From the UHGV virus genome UHGV-0198106: a DNA stretch of 64,000 nucleotides; one strand, given 5' to 3'. Both the position numbers and the translations under genes were made by a program. The DNA comes from a virus. This document shows positions 10,499-20,378 of the stretch, piece after piece. The stretch's first letter is position 1, and every line of letters starts with the position of its first letter. A model generated the notes under the pieces. It saw only the letters and a program-made list of their open reading frames with translations. It was not told the origin of the DNA and made no database searches.

Positions 10499-11281
10499 AT
10501 GGCAATTAAGATGGGTATTGAAGAACTAGACCCAATGGTTCAACAGGCTTCAAAGAAGTATGGGATTCCTGCTGCTTTGATTCATGCTGTAATCCAAAGA
10601 GAGTCTAGTGGTCGTCCTACGGTGGCTTCTGGAACTGGTCCTGTAGGTTTAATGCAGATTAGTAAGGGGTTGGCTAAAGACTATGGATACAAACTGGAAG
10701 ATAGACTGGACCCAGCAAAGAATATTGACATGGGTGCTCGTTATATCAGAGATAACTTAAAAGCTTTTAATGGCGATGTTAAGAAAGCAATGGTTGGTTA
10801 CTCGGAAGGTATCGGTGGTGCTAAGCAAATGTTCGCTGGTAAAAGAGGGTTTACTCCACAAGCTCTTGACTCTATGAACAATAAACACTTTCTTCCTTTC
10901 TATGGTGATGCAGCTTCTCAGATTGCTAACCCTGTTGGAGCTTTGCAAGCTGTTCAACCAGTTAATCAGTTTAGTCCTGACTTGTTAGATAGAGAGAAGG
11001 CCGCACAAGCTCCGACTCAGGCAGAAATTGCTGCTTCTAAGACTGGTGTTTTAGGTGGCAATCCGGTAGAGTTTTACTCTGATGAAGTGCAAGATGGAGA
11101 AGATCAGAAGCCTCAACAGAACTTTGGTAATGCAGTATTAGGAGTAGCTGCTATGCTTGCAGGTAAACCTCCTACTTCTCAAACAGTTCAGAGGGCAAGT
11201 GCACCACATGCAGCAGGTTCTCAGTACAGTCCACAAACACAGGCAGTGCTCAGACGTTTGGCTAGCATTGGTGTAAAGTAA
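10499..11281 (+). CDS. lytic transglycosylase (SLT domain) virion protein
   Basis: SLT catalytic region ESSGRPTVASGTGPVGLMQISKGLAKDYGYK; AAGGAG upstream. Confidence 0.8.
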   Translation: MAIKMGIEELDPMVQQASKKYGIPAALIHAVIQRESSGRPTVASGTGPVGLMQISKGLAKDYGYKLEDRLDPAKNIDMGARYIRDNLKAFNGDVKKAMVGYSEGIGGAKQMFAGKRGFTPQALDSMNNKHFLPFYGDAASQIANPVGALQAVQPVNQFSPDLLDREKAAQAPTQAEIAASKTGVLGGNPVEFYSDEVQDGEDQKPQQNFGNAVLGVAAMLAGKPPTSQTVQRASAPHAAGSQYSPQTQAVLRRLASIGVK

Positions 11282-11300
11282 TAATCTTTAAGGAGGACTT

Positions 11301-12353
11301 ATGTCTTTATTTGGAAAATCAGCTTCTAGCAAAACCACAGTAGCCCCTTCCTCTCAGGTTGATGCCCTGCTGAAGCAGATTGTTGCTAATGCTCAGAATA
11401 TGCAGAACAACGATCCGGGATTCATCTCCCAACAGCTGGCTGGGTTTAATGGCAACCAACAGGGTGCTCTGAACAACTTAGCAGCTTCTACTACTCAGAA
11501 GCAATTGGCTGATATGTACACACCTCGTACACAGCAAGGGTTGGACCAATTAAACGCTCTTGCTCAACAGTATCAGAATATTGTTAATGGTGGTGGAGTA
11601 ACGGCTGAAGGGGTTAATAACTTTAGTAAAGGTTTGAATAATTCGGCTCTTGCACAAGCTACTAGCAAAGCAGCTTCTAATGTCTCTCTTGGCAATGGCT
11701 CTGACTCCGGCTCCCTCCGTAGGGCTGCGGCTCAAGGGGCTGCTTTGAATGGTGCTAACACTAACCTGTCTCGTACTATCAGTGGCAAGAACATGGGTGT
11801 AAGTGCTCTTCAACAAGATCAGAACTTCCAGAGAGGTTTGCTTGGTGCTCAGTCTGGTTTAGCTGGACAGAACCTCAATCTTGGTGCCCAAGGTGTTCAG
11901 GCAACTCAACAGGCTATTCAGAATCAACTCATGGCTGGTAATCTACAACAGCAACAAGCCCAAGCTCAAGCTGATATTAATTGGCAGAACGCTATTGGTT
12001 CTCAGCAGTATGGGTGGAATCAGCTTAACAACCAGCTTAATGTATTAAACAGTGTAAGCCCAATGGCTGGGTACACGATTAAGAATGCTGCTCCGGGGGT
12101 TAACACTGGACAACAGCTCCTAGGTGCTGGTATCACTGGATTAGGTATTGCAGGGCGTATGGGTGCTTTCTCTCCTAATCAACAGACTCAGAATGCTTGG
12201 AGTTCCTATAACAACTCAGGTGGGCAATCTGGAATGGCTGGTCCTATGATTGGAGGTTCTAATCTTTCTCAACAGAGAGGTCAGTCTAACTGGTTATCCA
12301 CAGCAGGTAGTAATATCTTAGGTGGTGTCTTAGGGGCATTCGGAGCAAACTAA
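11301..12353 (+). CDS. Q/N/G-rich virion protein (paralog A)
   Basis: AAGGAGG then ATG; low-complexity Gln/Asn-rich; N-terminus MSLFGKSASSKTT and Gly-rich hydrophobic C-terminus shared with the next gene. Confidence 0.5.
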   Translation: MSLFGKSASSKTTVAPSSQVDALLKQIVANAQNMQNNDPGFISQQLAGFNGNQQGALNNLAASTTQKQLADMYTPRTQQGLDQLNALAQQYQNIVNGGGVTAEGVNNFSKGLNNSALAQATSKAASNVSLGNGSDSGSLRRAAAQGAALNGANTNLSRTISGKNMGVSALQQDQNFQRGLLGAQSGLAGQNLNLGAQGVQATQQAIQNQLMAGNLQQQQAQAQADINWQNAIGSQQYGWNQLNNQLNVLNSVSPMAGYTIKNAAPGVNTGQQLLGAGITGLGIAGRMGAFSPNQQTQNAWSSYNNSGGQSGMAGPMIGGSNLSQQRGQSNWLSTAGSNILGGVLGAFGAN

Positions 12354-12365
12354 AGGAGATTTGAT

Positions 12366-13334
12366 ATGGGACTTTTCGGAGGCGGGGGTAGTAAAACTAC
12401 TTCCCAAATGATTCGCCCTGAATACATTCAACAGTATATTGACCAGCTTAACCAACAGATTGGTAATACTAGTTCAGGGGATTATGTTTATCGTGACAAT
12501 GTAGGGTTTAATAACAACCAGACAGAAGCTCTTAATAACTTGGCACAATCTGGCGCTCTAGGAACTCTCTCACAGCAATATATGGATGCAGCAGGTCAAG
12601 GGTTAGGATACCTAGATAATGCCTATAAAGGTTATCAGAGCCTCTCTGGACAAGGTGGGATTACTGGAGAACAGATTGGTGCTCTCGCTGGTCAACTGTA
12701 TGATGATGACGCTGTGCAAGCAGCCATTACAGCTAATAATGAACAGGTTCAACAGAATCTAGCACGTAATGCTCTTCCTCAGTTAGCTCAACAGTATGCT
12801 GGTCAGCAAGGCTCAGGTGCTCGTATGGCTAAATCTTTTGCCCAAGGTGATGCTCTGAATCAGATGCAAGGGCAAGCAACAGATATTACCAACAGTGCCT
12901 ATAACTCTGCTATCAATCAGGCTGAAAGTATCCTCTCTGGTAACAGACAGAATCAGGCAGCTGCTCTCTCAGGTCTTTCTACTATCGGTTCTAATCTTTC
13001 TAACTTAGGTCAGCAAGGTGCTAATTTGTCTCAACAGCAAATGATGAATCAATGGAATGCAGGGTTGCAGCAACAACAGCAACAACAGAATGAATATGAT
13101 AATGCCTACCAGAATGCTCAGAACGCAGCTAATTGGGGATGGCAAGATATCAACAACCAACTCGGTGCAGCAGGTGTACTTAACGGTGCTCTCGGACAAA
13201 CTACAACTACTAAAACATCTGGTGGCAAAGGTGGTTTCCTTGGTGGAGCTATGAGTGGTGCAGCAGCAGGTTCTTCCTTTGGACCTTGGGGTGCATTAGC
13301 TGGGGGCGTGATCGGTGGGTTGGCTAGTACTTAA
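12366..13334 (+). CDS. Q/N/G-rich virion protein (paralog B)
   Basis: AAAGGAG then ATG; N-terminus MGLFGGGGSKTTSQ and C-terminal GALAGGVIGGLAST parallel the upstream gene. Confidence 0.5.
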   Translation: MGLFGGGGSKTTSQMIRPEYIQQYIDQLNQQIGNTSSGDYVYRDNVGFNNNQTEALNNLAQSGALGTLSQQYMDAAGQGLGYLDNAYKGYQSLSGQGGITGEQIGALAGQLYDDDAVQAAITANNEQVQQNLARNALPQLAQQYAGQQGSGARMAKSFAQGDALNQMQGQATDITNSAYNSAINQAESILSGNRQNQAAALSGLSTIGSNLSNLGQQGANLSQQQMMNQWNAGLQQQQQQQNEYDNAYQNAQNAANWGWQDINNQLGAAGVLNGALGQTTTTKTSGGKGGFLGGAMSGAAAGSSFGPWGALAGGVIGGLAST

Positions 13335-13347
13335 TTAGGAGACAAAT

Positions 13348-14997
13348 ATGCAACAGACAACTTACGCTCAGGTCAGAAGTCGTGACCCGAGAAATACTTT
13401 CTATGGTGTTAATCCGGGAGCGGCTTCGGCCTCTCCTTATATGGCGAGACCTACTCAGACAGCAGATATTTCTATGTATCAACGACCTGCTATACCTGCT
13501 GGACTTTCTTCTCTTGTAGGTCAGACTTCAGTCGACTATCAGAATATGTTGAATCCTGTTCAGAGTAACGGGCTTCCTTCTGATATTCCGAATGATGTAC
13601 AACCTCAAGCACAACAGGCTGTAACTCTTCCTGAGTTTGAGAACCAAGAAACCATGCAAGCTGCTGGACTTTCTCCTTCTTCTATTCCTCAAGAATCAGA
13701 ACCTCTTCCGGTAACGCCTCCTACTAAACCGCTAGAAGCTGGTCCTATGGAGTTTACTCCTTCTCAGGTGGAACAGGCACAAGGTGTGATTAACACTCTT
13801 GCTCAAGGACAAGACACTGGTGATGGAATGGCTGCTGCTACTCGTGCTAAAGATCAAGAGCGTGTTAACAATGATATCTTGCAAGTTGCGAAAGCTAAAG
13901 ACCCTTCAGAAGCTTGGAACAAGCTACAGAAAGAGCCATTCTATCAGAACTCTAGTTTCTATACAGGTTTGATGGGTGTTGGTCTTTCAATCATGTCAGG
14001 TAAGTCTCCTATCGAAGCTTTCCAGATTGGTCAAGGTATGGCTAACCAAGACGAGACTAAGAAGCAACTGGAAGCTAACCGTGATGCTTTGATTGAACAA
14101 GGCTTCTCTCAAGACTCAATCGCAGCTGCTATTGCTAACGGAGACCCATCACTGCTGAAGATGAAAGCTGTAGACCCTGCTCAGAAAGAAGCATTGTATG
14201 CTGCTCGTGAAGAACGTCAGAATGCTGAATGGGATAGACGTCAACAGATTCAAGAGCAGACTATGCGTGAGCGTGCTGATGAGACTCGTCGTGCCGCTGA
14301 AGAAAGAGCTAACATGAACTTTGAACGTCAGAAAGAGTTGATTGGCTTCCGTGATAAGGTTAAGGCTGAACGTGCTGAACAAGCTGCTCAGAGTTTTAAC
14401 TTTAACCCGAAAGAAGTTCGTCTTGCTCAGAACACAGCTGAGGGTACAGTTGCTAAGCAGTGGGCAGAGAAAGGTGGTCTGTTTAACCAGTCCAACAAAG
14501 ACTTGGATTTGGCTGACAAGGCTGTTAAGGATAAAGACTATCAGACAGCTCGTTCTGCTTACATGCAGGCTATCATGAACTCCGCAAGGGCTGAAATTGG
14601 TGCTACTCGTTCTCTTACCGAAGAAGACTTGGGGCACTTTGCAGAAGACCCATCAATCTTCATTCGTGTTGGCAACAAGTTTGCACTGAAGTCTGGATGG
14701 CGTCCTACTGATGCTGCTCTTTCTTATGCTCGTAAGCAAGCTAACGTTGGTCACACCTCTGCAATGAAAGGTGTTGCTGATGCTAAGAAAGCGACAATTG
14801 AAGCTTACATCGGTTCTGGTATGGATAAGAAGAGAGCTACTGCATTGGTTAACCGTGCAATTCCTTCTGGTGGTTTCTATGACCCTCTAGGTGTTTTCTC
14901 TGAGCAAGCGGAAGAATCTGTTGGGGGTGCAGCAACCAACCCTAAGCTTAATGGTGCTTTATCAGCTGTCGAAGACACTAGCTGGTTCACGCAATAA
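13348..14997 (+). CDS. virion protein, function unknown
   Basis: 549 aa; TTAGGAG upstream; Pro/Gln-rich N-terminal part and charged helical C-terminal part. Confidence 0.5.
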   Translation: MQQTTYAQVRSRDPRNTFYGVNPGAASASPYMARPTQTADISMYQRPAIPAGLSSLVGQTSVDYQNMLNPVQSNGLPSDIPNDVQPQAQQAVTLPEFENQETMQAAGLSPSSIPQESEPLPVTPPTKPLEAGPMEFTPSQVEQAQGVINTLAQGQDTGDGMAAATRAKDQERVNNDILQVAKAKDPSEAWNKLQKEPFYQNSSFYTGLMGVGLSIMSGKSPIEAFQIGQGMANQDETKKQLEANRDALIEQGFSQDSIAAAIANGDPSLLKMKAVDPAQKEALYAAREERQNAEWDRRQQIQEQTMRERADETRRAAEERANMNFERQKELIGFRDKVKAERAEQAAQSFNFNPKEVRLAQNTAEGTVAKQWAEKGGLFNQSNKDLDLADKAVKDKDYQTARSAYMQAIMNSARAEIGATRSLTEEDLGHFAEDPSIFIRVGNKFALKSGWRPTDAALSYARKQANVGHTSAMKGVADAKKATIEAYIGSGMDKKRATALVNRAIPSGGFYDPLGVFSEQAEESVGGAATNPKLNGALSAVEDTSWFTQ

Positions 14998-15017
14998 GAC
15001 CTAAGTCCTGCCTTCTA

Positions 15018-15026
15018 TAATGTATA
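15018..15026 (+). promoter_or_regulatory. TAATGTATA motif upstream of the 1,435-aa gene (candidate phage-specific promoter element)
   Basis: Exact 9-mer ~40 nt upstream of the start codon; the same 9-mer recurs at 23543-23551 and as reverse complement at 23471-23479. Confidence 0.3.
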
Positions 15027-15064
15027 TAGGGGGTAGGACATTTTTATTTATAAAAGGAGACGTT

Positions 15065-18000
15065 ATGGCTAACATTAAACCGTGGGAAGAAGCTTCCAAA
15101 GCTCCTGCGTATCTGAATGCCTCTCCGGAGCGTCAAGCTCAAATGAGAGAACAATATAAGGCAGCAGGTGGCTCTATTCCTGAGGAACAACCAGTAGCAC
15201 AACCACAACAAGAAGAACGTGGTGCTATAGGTGAGTTTGCTCAAGGTGTGTCAAATGCTCTTCAATCTGGTGGTGCAAATATCTCTGCTAATCTTGCTAG
15301 AGGTATTGGAGGCTTAGTTGAGATTGGTGAAGATCTAACTGGAGCACAAACTGGTTACGGGAAGCGTATGCAAGAGAACGCTCAAAACCTCTTGAAAGAA
15401 CGTATGGATAAGATTGAGGATGGGATTGGTAAGTCTGCTGGTCAGTATGCTGGGGTGGTTGCCGACATTGGTCTGACAGTTGCTAACCCATTAGCTGCCG
15501 CTGCTATCATTGCAGGTCGTGAGACCGGTCGTGCATATGCAGACCAAACCCCTAAAGAGGGGGAAGATAAGTCTGTTCTAGATGCAGCCCTAGTTGGTGG
15601 TGCTAACTATGCAGCTCAAAGAATCCTTCCGGGTGCTGTTGGGACAGCTGAATCAGCTCTTGGTCGTATCGGTCAGAACGTTGCTAGTAACGCAGTGGCT
15701 GGTGCTAAAGGTGGTGCTCTTGTTGGTGCTGCTGAGGTTCAGAACAAATATGGTGATGACAATGATCTAGCTAAGACATTGGAAGGTGTTATAGAAGAAG
15801 GGGCTATGGGTGCTGCATTTGGTGGCGCAGTTGGTGGAGTTCATGGTTTGATTAGCCGTCCGGATTCTGCTGTCTTCAAGAACACTCCAGAGTATGCGAA
15901 GACTGATATTGCTGCTGATGACGAACTGATTCGTAGTGCTAAAAATATTGATGAATTGAAAGAAGCTTACTCTAAAGCTGAAACTGCTAACGCTGCTTCT
16001 GCTCTGAATCTTCTGGATGAGAATGGATTCCGTATTACAGATGCTGTTGCTGTAGATTCTCCTGCTGCTCAGCGTATTCTTAATACTGACCAAGCTCGTG
16101 CTGAGAAAGCTGCTTCTGTTCAGAAAGAACATTCCAATATTCCTGGCCTTAATCCTTTAGCTTCTCCTGCTAAGACTCGTGGTAAAGCTTTCGCTGATAA
16201 TGAGCACAACCAGAAACAGGCTGTTGCTATGAAGGATGCGATGGCTGACTACACCAAAGACAACACGAAAGCTCTTACAGATGTTCTAGATAACCTAGAC
16301 CGTGAATTAACTTCTCTCCGAGCTTCTGGTGATTTTACTGGTAGTCCGATTGATATTAAGAATCGTACACAAGCTGACCGTGATTTCATTGATGCTTACA
16401 AGACTTTCTACAATGAAGCAAATCGATTCAAAGCTCGTGAAGGTGAAGATTTTAATAACTTTGTAGAGAAAGCTACTGAACTACAGAAGATGGCTGATAA
16501 TGTTTCTCCAGAGATGAAGAAAGCTATCGGTGGGTTGAAGAAACTGAAAGGTATGCCTGAAGGTTTTAATCCTATCCAAGATGCTTACACTCTGAACAAT
16601 ACGGCTAAGTTCATGAGCAACCAAGATCGTGGCTGGACTTCCCTGACTGATGATGGCTTCCGTGAGGCTTCTTCTCCTAGTCTGGTAATGAATACTCTCG
16701 GTGCTGCTAAATATGCTCTGAATCGCTTCTCTTCTCAGCGTGCTCGCTCTCAACGTGTTAAGCAACAAGAATCTAACAGTGAAGCTATCCGCTCTTTAGC
16801 TCGTGGTGATTTGGAAGTTGCTCGTGCTAAATCTACTGCTGATGAAGCTCGGGCTAAGATGGAAGAAGAACCAGTTGTTGATGACATTAAATTTAAGACT
16901 CAAAATGATGTGGAAACCGAACCGGTTCGGGAGCCTTCTTCTAGTACTGTGACGGAAGAAAATCTTCCTTCCTCTGCTCCTCAAGAAACCCCTCTTACGG
17001 CTCGTGATTTAGTTGCTCAAAGACGCGCAGTTAAACAGGCAGAACAACGTCGTGCTCAAGAAGAGGCCGCACAGGCTCCAGAACCAACTGTAGAGGAACC
17101 AACAGTCAAAGCTGAGCCATTACCTGCCCGTGCTCCTAAAGCTCCTAAGGAAGCTGTACAGGACGTTAAACCGGCAAGTGGTGTAGAACGTTTAGCTGCT
17201 ATGTCTAGTGCTGCTCGTCAGGCTACTAAAGATCGTGCAGAACGTTTTGCTCGTTCTCTGTACTCTAAAGCTGCTAAGGCTAAAGCTACTGCTGAAAACT
17301 TCTTGGCTTATAAAGGTGACCCTAAGGAATTGATGCGTCGCATTCGTCAGGAAGATAATGCTATCAACACTGAACGTCATGAAGAAATGGCTCGTAACCA
17401 GCTAGCTTCTCAGCAAGGTATTGCTACTGCTAAGAACAACACTGTACGAACTAATTTTGCTGAATGGGTTAAGGAACGTGGTCTACCAGAAGACATTGCT
17501 ACTAAGGCATTACGTGCTGAGGAGAAAGGTTTAGGTGGGAACGTGACTAACTTGGATAGTCTGAAACGTCGTGCTGAAAGATTGTATCAGAAGCAGCGTG
17601 AGGATGAGTTTGATAGGTTGTATCAACAAGCTCTAGAAGAGAACAAAGCTTTTGATAGGAAAGATGCTCCTAAACTGGTTGACCAGAAGAAAGAGCTTCA
17701 GTCTGAGATTGATGCTTTGATTGATTCAGAACCTTTACGTCCTGCTCAGAAAGATGCTATGCGTAAGTTGATGAATGACTTTGTAGATGGGAAGTTTAAA
17801 TCTTCAGAGAAGGCTGGTAGGGAGGAGGCTTTGGAAGTTGGTCAGATGAAGGATATTTGGGATGGGTTTATTAACACCTATAACAGAGAAGTGAATGCCT
17901 TCAATAAAGCTAACAAAAACTCTCAGTACGAAGCTTTTGCTAAACACATACAAGCTCGTGAAGAACGTCTTGCTACTCTGAAAAACAAAGCTCAGGCTCG

Positions 18001-19372
18001 TTCAGATGCTAAGGCTGCTGTTGAGAATGAACGTAAAACTCTAGAGGCTATTGCAGCTCAGAAGAGTGAGATTGAGAAGATGATGGAAGGTTTACCTAAA
18101 CCTGTTCGTGAGGCTCAGGAATCTCGTACATTGAAACAGTTGGCTGCTCACCACGATAAGAACTCTCCAGTTCCTCCAGAGAAGTTCCGTAGTTACATTG
18201 AACGTATCCATAACGCCGAGTCAGATTACCTTGATCGTCAGCGTCGTTTAACTGATGCAGAGGAAGATGCTCGTCAGGCTAAGTGGAACAGGATGTATGA
18301 GCAAGCGGAAGAAATGAACCGTAAGTTTGATGTGGACAAGAGAGTTAAGCGCAGTGAAGAGCTTAAAGCGGCCCAAGAGCGTGAGAATGATCTTATGGCA
18401 GTACAACGTCAACGTGATGATATTCATCGCCGCCTGATGCGTACTATGGAAGATAAGGGCATATCTAGAGAGGATGCTGAAGCATTTGCTGGTTCCTATA
18501 TGGATAACCGTTATGCACTTCTTGAGAAGCCTATGACTCCGACTGAGCATCAGAATGCTCGTTCTCGTATCGAGGCTGATGTTGAGAAGTTTGCTAAGAA
18601 GTACGAATCAATGACTCCTATCGAGAAAGAGATTGTTAAGGTTACTGGAGATACTGAAGGTAAGCTTGATAACTTGGATGCGGATACTAGGAAGGCTGTT
18701 GAGGAGGCTCAGAAGGTTGACTCTGATATTAAGAAACTGCAAGAGGAAGAGTTGGAGATGGAGAAGGTTCGTTCTGCTCTGCCTGACGATGAAAGATCTC
18801 AAGCAAGTTCCGATATCTTGGAAAGTATCAAACAACAGGAAGAAGCCTTTGCTGATAAAGCAGAGAAAGCTTTCTTAAATGGGAAGAGCTTAGATGAGTT
18901 AGTCAGTGTGGCTGAAGTTTTAGACAGGGTTCATGGTGCTGACAAGGCTGGTAACAACCGTCGCTTTGTACGTGCATTGCAGACTGCTGCTGAAAACAAG
19001 AAGAAGTATGGTGATAATCCAGTAGCTTGGTTTAGTGCTGATGATTATTCTGCCATTGCTAAACTTGGTGCTTCTTCCGCAGGTGGTAACAAATCCAGAG
19101 CACTGGAGAAGATCTTTGGTTCTACAGCTGAACAGGCTAAGAGTAAGTTGCTTGGCAGGGATGATGTAGCGAAGATGAGACGCGTGATTGAAGAGAACCC
19201 TGATATTAAGATTCCTTCTTACAAGACAACGAATCGTACTGAGTACTTACAGTTCTTGGAGAAGTTTAATGACGAAGGGAAGCCGAAGATTAAACGTGGC
19301 TCATTGTCAGAGAAGCTTGAACGCAGTAAGCGTCAATCGAGACTCCGTGTAAGAGTTCGACCTAAGGAGTGA
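15065..19372 (+). CDS. large alpha-helical virion protein (internal/ejection-type candidate)
   Basis: Track ORF 15020..19372 trimmed to ATG 15065, which follows AAGGAG at 15054-15059; 1,435 aa, highly charged Ala/Glu/Lys/Arg-rich coiled-coil-type sequence. Confidence 0.55.
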   Translation: MANIKPWEEASKAPAYLNASPERQAQMREQYKAAGGSIPEEQPVAQPQQEERGAIGEFAQGVSNALQSGGANISANLARGIGGLVEIGEDLTGAQTGYGKRMQENAQNLLKERMDKIEDGIGKSAGQYAGVVADIGLTVANPLAAAAIIAGRETGRAYADQTPKEGEDKSVLDAALVGGANYAAQRILPGAVGTAESALGRIGQNVASNAVAGAKGGALVGAAEVQNKYGDDNDLAKTLEGVIEEGAMGAAFGGAVGGVHGLISRPDSAVFKNTPEYAKTDIAADDELIRSAKNIDELKEAYSKAETANAASALNLLDENGFRITDAVAVDSPAAQRILNTDQARAEKAASVQKEHSNIPGLNPLASPAKTRGKAFADNEHNQKQAVAMKDAMADYTKDNTKALTDVLDNLDRELTSLRASGDFTGSPIDIKNRTQADRDFIDAYKTFYNEANRFKAREGEDFNNFVEKATELQKMADNVSPEMKKAIGGLKKLKGMPEGFNPIQDAYTLNNTAKFMSNQDRGWTSLTDDGFREASSPSLVMNTLGAAKYALNRFSSQRARSQRVKQQESNSEAIRSLARGDLEVARAKSTADEARAKMEEEPVVDDIKFKTQNDVETEPVREPSSSTVTEENLPSSAPQETPLTARDLVAQRRAVKQAEQRRAQEEAAQAPEPTVEEPTVKAEPLPARAPKAPKEAVQDVKPASGVERLAAMSSAARQATKDRAERFARSLYSKAAKAKATAENFLAYKGDPKELMRRIRQEDNAINTERHEEMARNQLASQQGIATAKNNTVRTNFAEWVKERGLPEDIATKALRAEEKGLGGNVTNLDSLKRRAERLYQKQREDEFDRLYQQALEENKAFDRKDAPKLVDQKKELQSEIDALIDSEPLRPAQKDAMRKLMNDFVDGKFKSSEKAGREEALEVGQMKDIWDGFINTYNREVNAFNKANKNSQYEAFAKHIQAREERLATLKNKAQARSDAKAAVENERKTLEAIAAQKSEIEKMMEGLPKPVREAQESRTLKQLAAHHDKNSPVPPEKFRSYIERIHNAESDYLDRQRRLTDAEEDARQAKWNRMYEQAEEMNRKFDVDKRVKRSEELKAAQERENDLMAVQRQRDDIHRRLMRTMEDKGISREDAEAFAGSYMDNRYALLEKPMTPTEHQNARSRIEADVEKFAKKYESMTPIEKEIVKVTGDTEGKLDNLDADTRKAVEEAQKVDSDIKKLQEEELEMEKVRSALPDDERSQASSDILESIKQQEEAFADKAEKAFLNGKSLDELVSVAEVLDRVHGADKAGNNRRFVRALQTAAENKKKYGDNPVAWFSADDYSAIAKLGASSAGGNKSRALEKIFGSTAEQAKSKLLGRDDVAKMRRVIEENPDIKIPSYKTTNRTEYLQFLEKFNDEGKPKIKRGSLSEKLERSKRQSRLRVRVRPKE

Positions 19373-19380
19373 TAAAAGAA

Positions 19381-19420
19381 AAGCCCTCAAGGAGAAATCC
19401 AAGAGGGCTTTATTTGTTTC
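19381..19420 (+). terminator. rho-independent terminator at end of virion module
   Basis: AAGCCCTC...GAGGGCTT stem followed by TATTTGTTTC; lies between convergent plus and minus blocks. Confidence 0.65.
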
Positions 19421-19445
19421 TAAGTTTTAAAAACCGTCAAATTCA

Positions 19446-19571
19446 TCATACATCCCAATTTTCCTCGGATGCTAAGTAAGACTCTTCTCTGGCTTTTATT
19501 TCTTCAATAATCTCTGTAAGGCGATTTGTCATTTTAAGCAATTCATCCAGAATATCTTGACTATAGATCAT
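19446..19571 (-). CDS. small hypothetical protein (41 aa)
   Basis: Not in track; ATG preceded by AGGAGAAAAT; translates MIYSQDILDELLKMTNRLTEIIEEIKAREESYLASEENWDV. Confidence 0.35.
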   Translation of the reverse strand: MIYSQDILDELLKMTNRLTEIIEEIKAREESYLASEENWDV

Positions 19572-19579
19572 ATTTTCTC

Positions 19580-19804
19580 CTAGATCAAATCATAATATTG
19601 AATAATATCAGAGAGCTTGAACTCTCGAATCTCATCTTTCTCTATATCTATCGCTGTCATAATCCAACAAGGTTTGCCACCGTTATGAAAACGGGAGCTA
19701 GCAACGGAGGTTCGGAGTGGAATAACGGACCGGTCAGCAACCTCGCCTCTCCAGTTGCGATAGCGAAAGCGAAGCACTTGTTGCGTAGATTTTTTGATCA
19801 TCAC
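19580..19804 (-). CDS. hypothetical protein
   Basis: Track ORF, 74 aa; overlaps start/stop of neighbours, consistent with operon packing. Confidence 0.45.
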   Translation of the reverse strand: MMIKKSTQQVLRFRYRNWRGEVADRSVIPLRTSVASSRFHNGGKPCWIMTAIDIEKDEIREFKLSDIIQYYDLI

Positions 19805-20202
19805 TCGTTTCCTTTCTTGAATTGTTTTCTTGCATCGTTTTCCATCTTTGTTTTTAGTTTATGACAAGGGTCTTTACACAGAACCTGAAAACCTTCTTTC
19901 TCACACAGAGCACGAGAGATAATTTCATCCCAGCTAGCCTCATGGTCTAGAGGAACGATAGGATTTATATGATCTAAAGCCATATCCTTTACAGGGTGGT
20001 CAGAACCACACATGGCACACTTAAAGTGCATTGCCAGTCTACCTGTCTTCGGGTTAATCTTCTGCTCTGTCTTGGCGTCTGCTAGTGCATCGAACATGGG
20101 CTTCCACTTTCTAGTCAGAGAACGAATCCCTGACTTGATGAAAGAGTTGTAACGAGCTTCAGTCCACGTTCCGCTACAGCGTGTCTTCTCAGACTTCGCC
20201 AT
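19801..20202 (-). CDS. HNH endonuclease
   Basis: Cys/His HNH core HFKCAMCGSDHPVKDMALDHINPIVP ... CEKEGFQVLCKDPCHKLK. Confidence 0.6.
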   Translation of the reverse strand: MAKSEKTRCSGTWTEARYNSFIKSGIRSLTRKWKPMFDALADAKTEQKINPKTGRLAMHFKCAMCGSDHPVKDMALDHINPIVPLDHEASWDEIISRALCEKEGFQVLCKDPCHKLKTKMENDARKQFKKGNE

Positions 20203-20378
20203 AATCAGCTTCTTCCCAAACTCGTTTGTTTACACGATGACTTACTTTGCCTTCACGAGGAATACGTCCAGTCCGCTGATCAAACAGTTGATGCTTAATC
20301 TTTTGGTCTTTACGAGATTCACGATTGGAGGAGTTTTCATCATATGAACGATAATCAAATTTACCCATTATAACATCC

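Noticed and set aside
14149-14637. Antisense ORFs within large virion genes (e.g. 14149..14637, 15767..16132, 2092..2397, 5959..6243)
   Set aside because: Lie opposite long, well-supported coding regions, lack RBSs, and have skewed low-complexity composition typical of antisense frames
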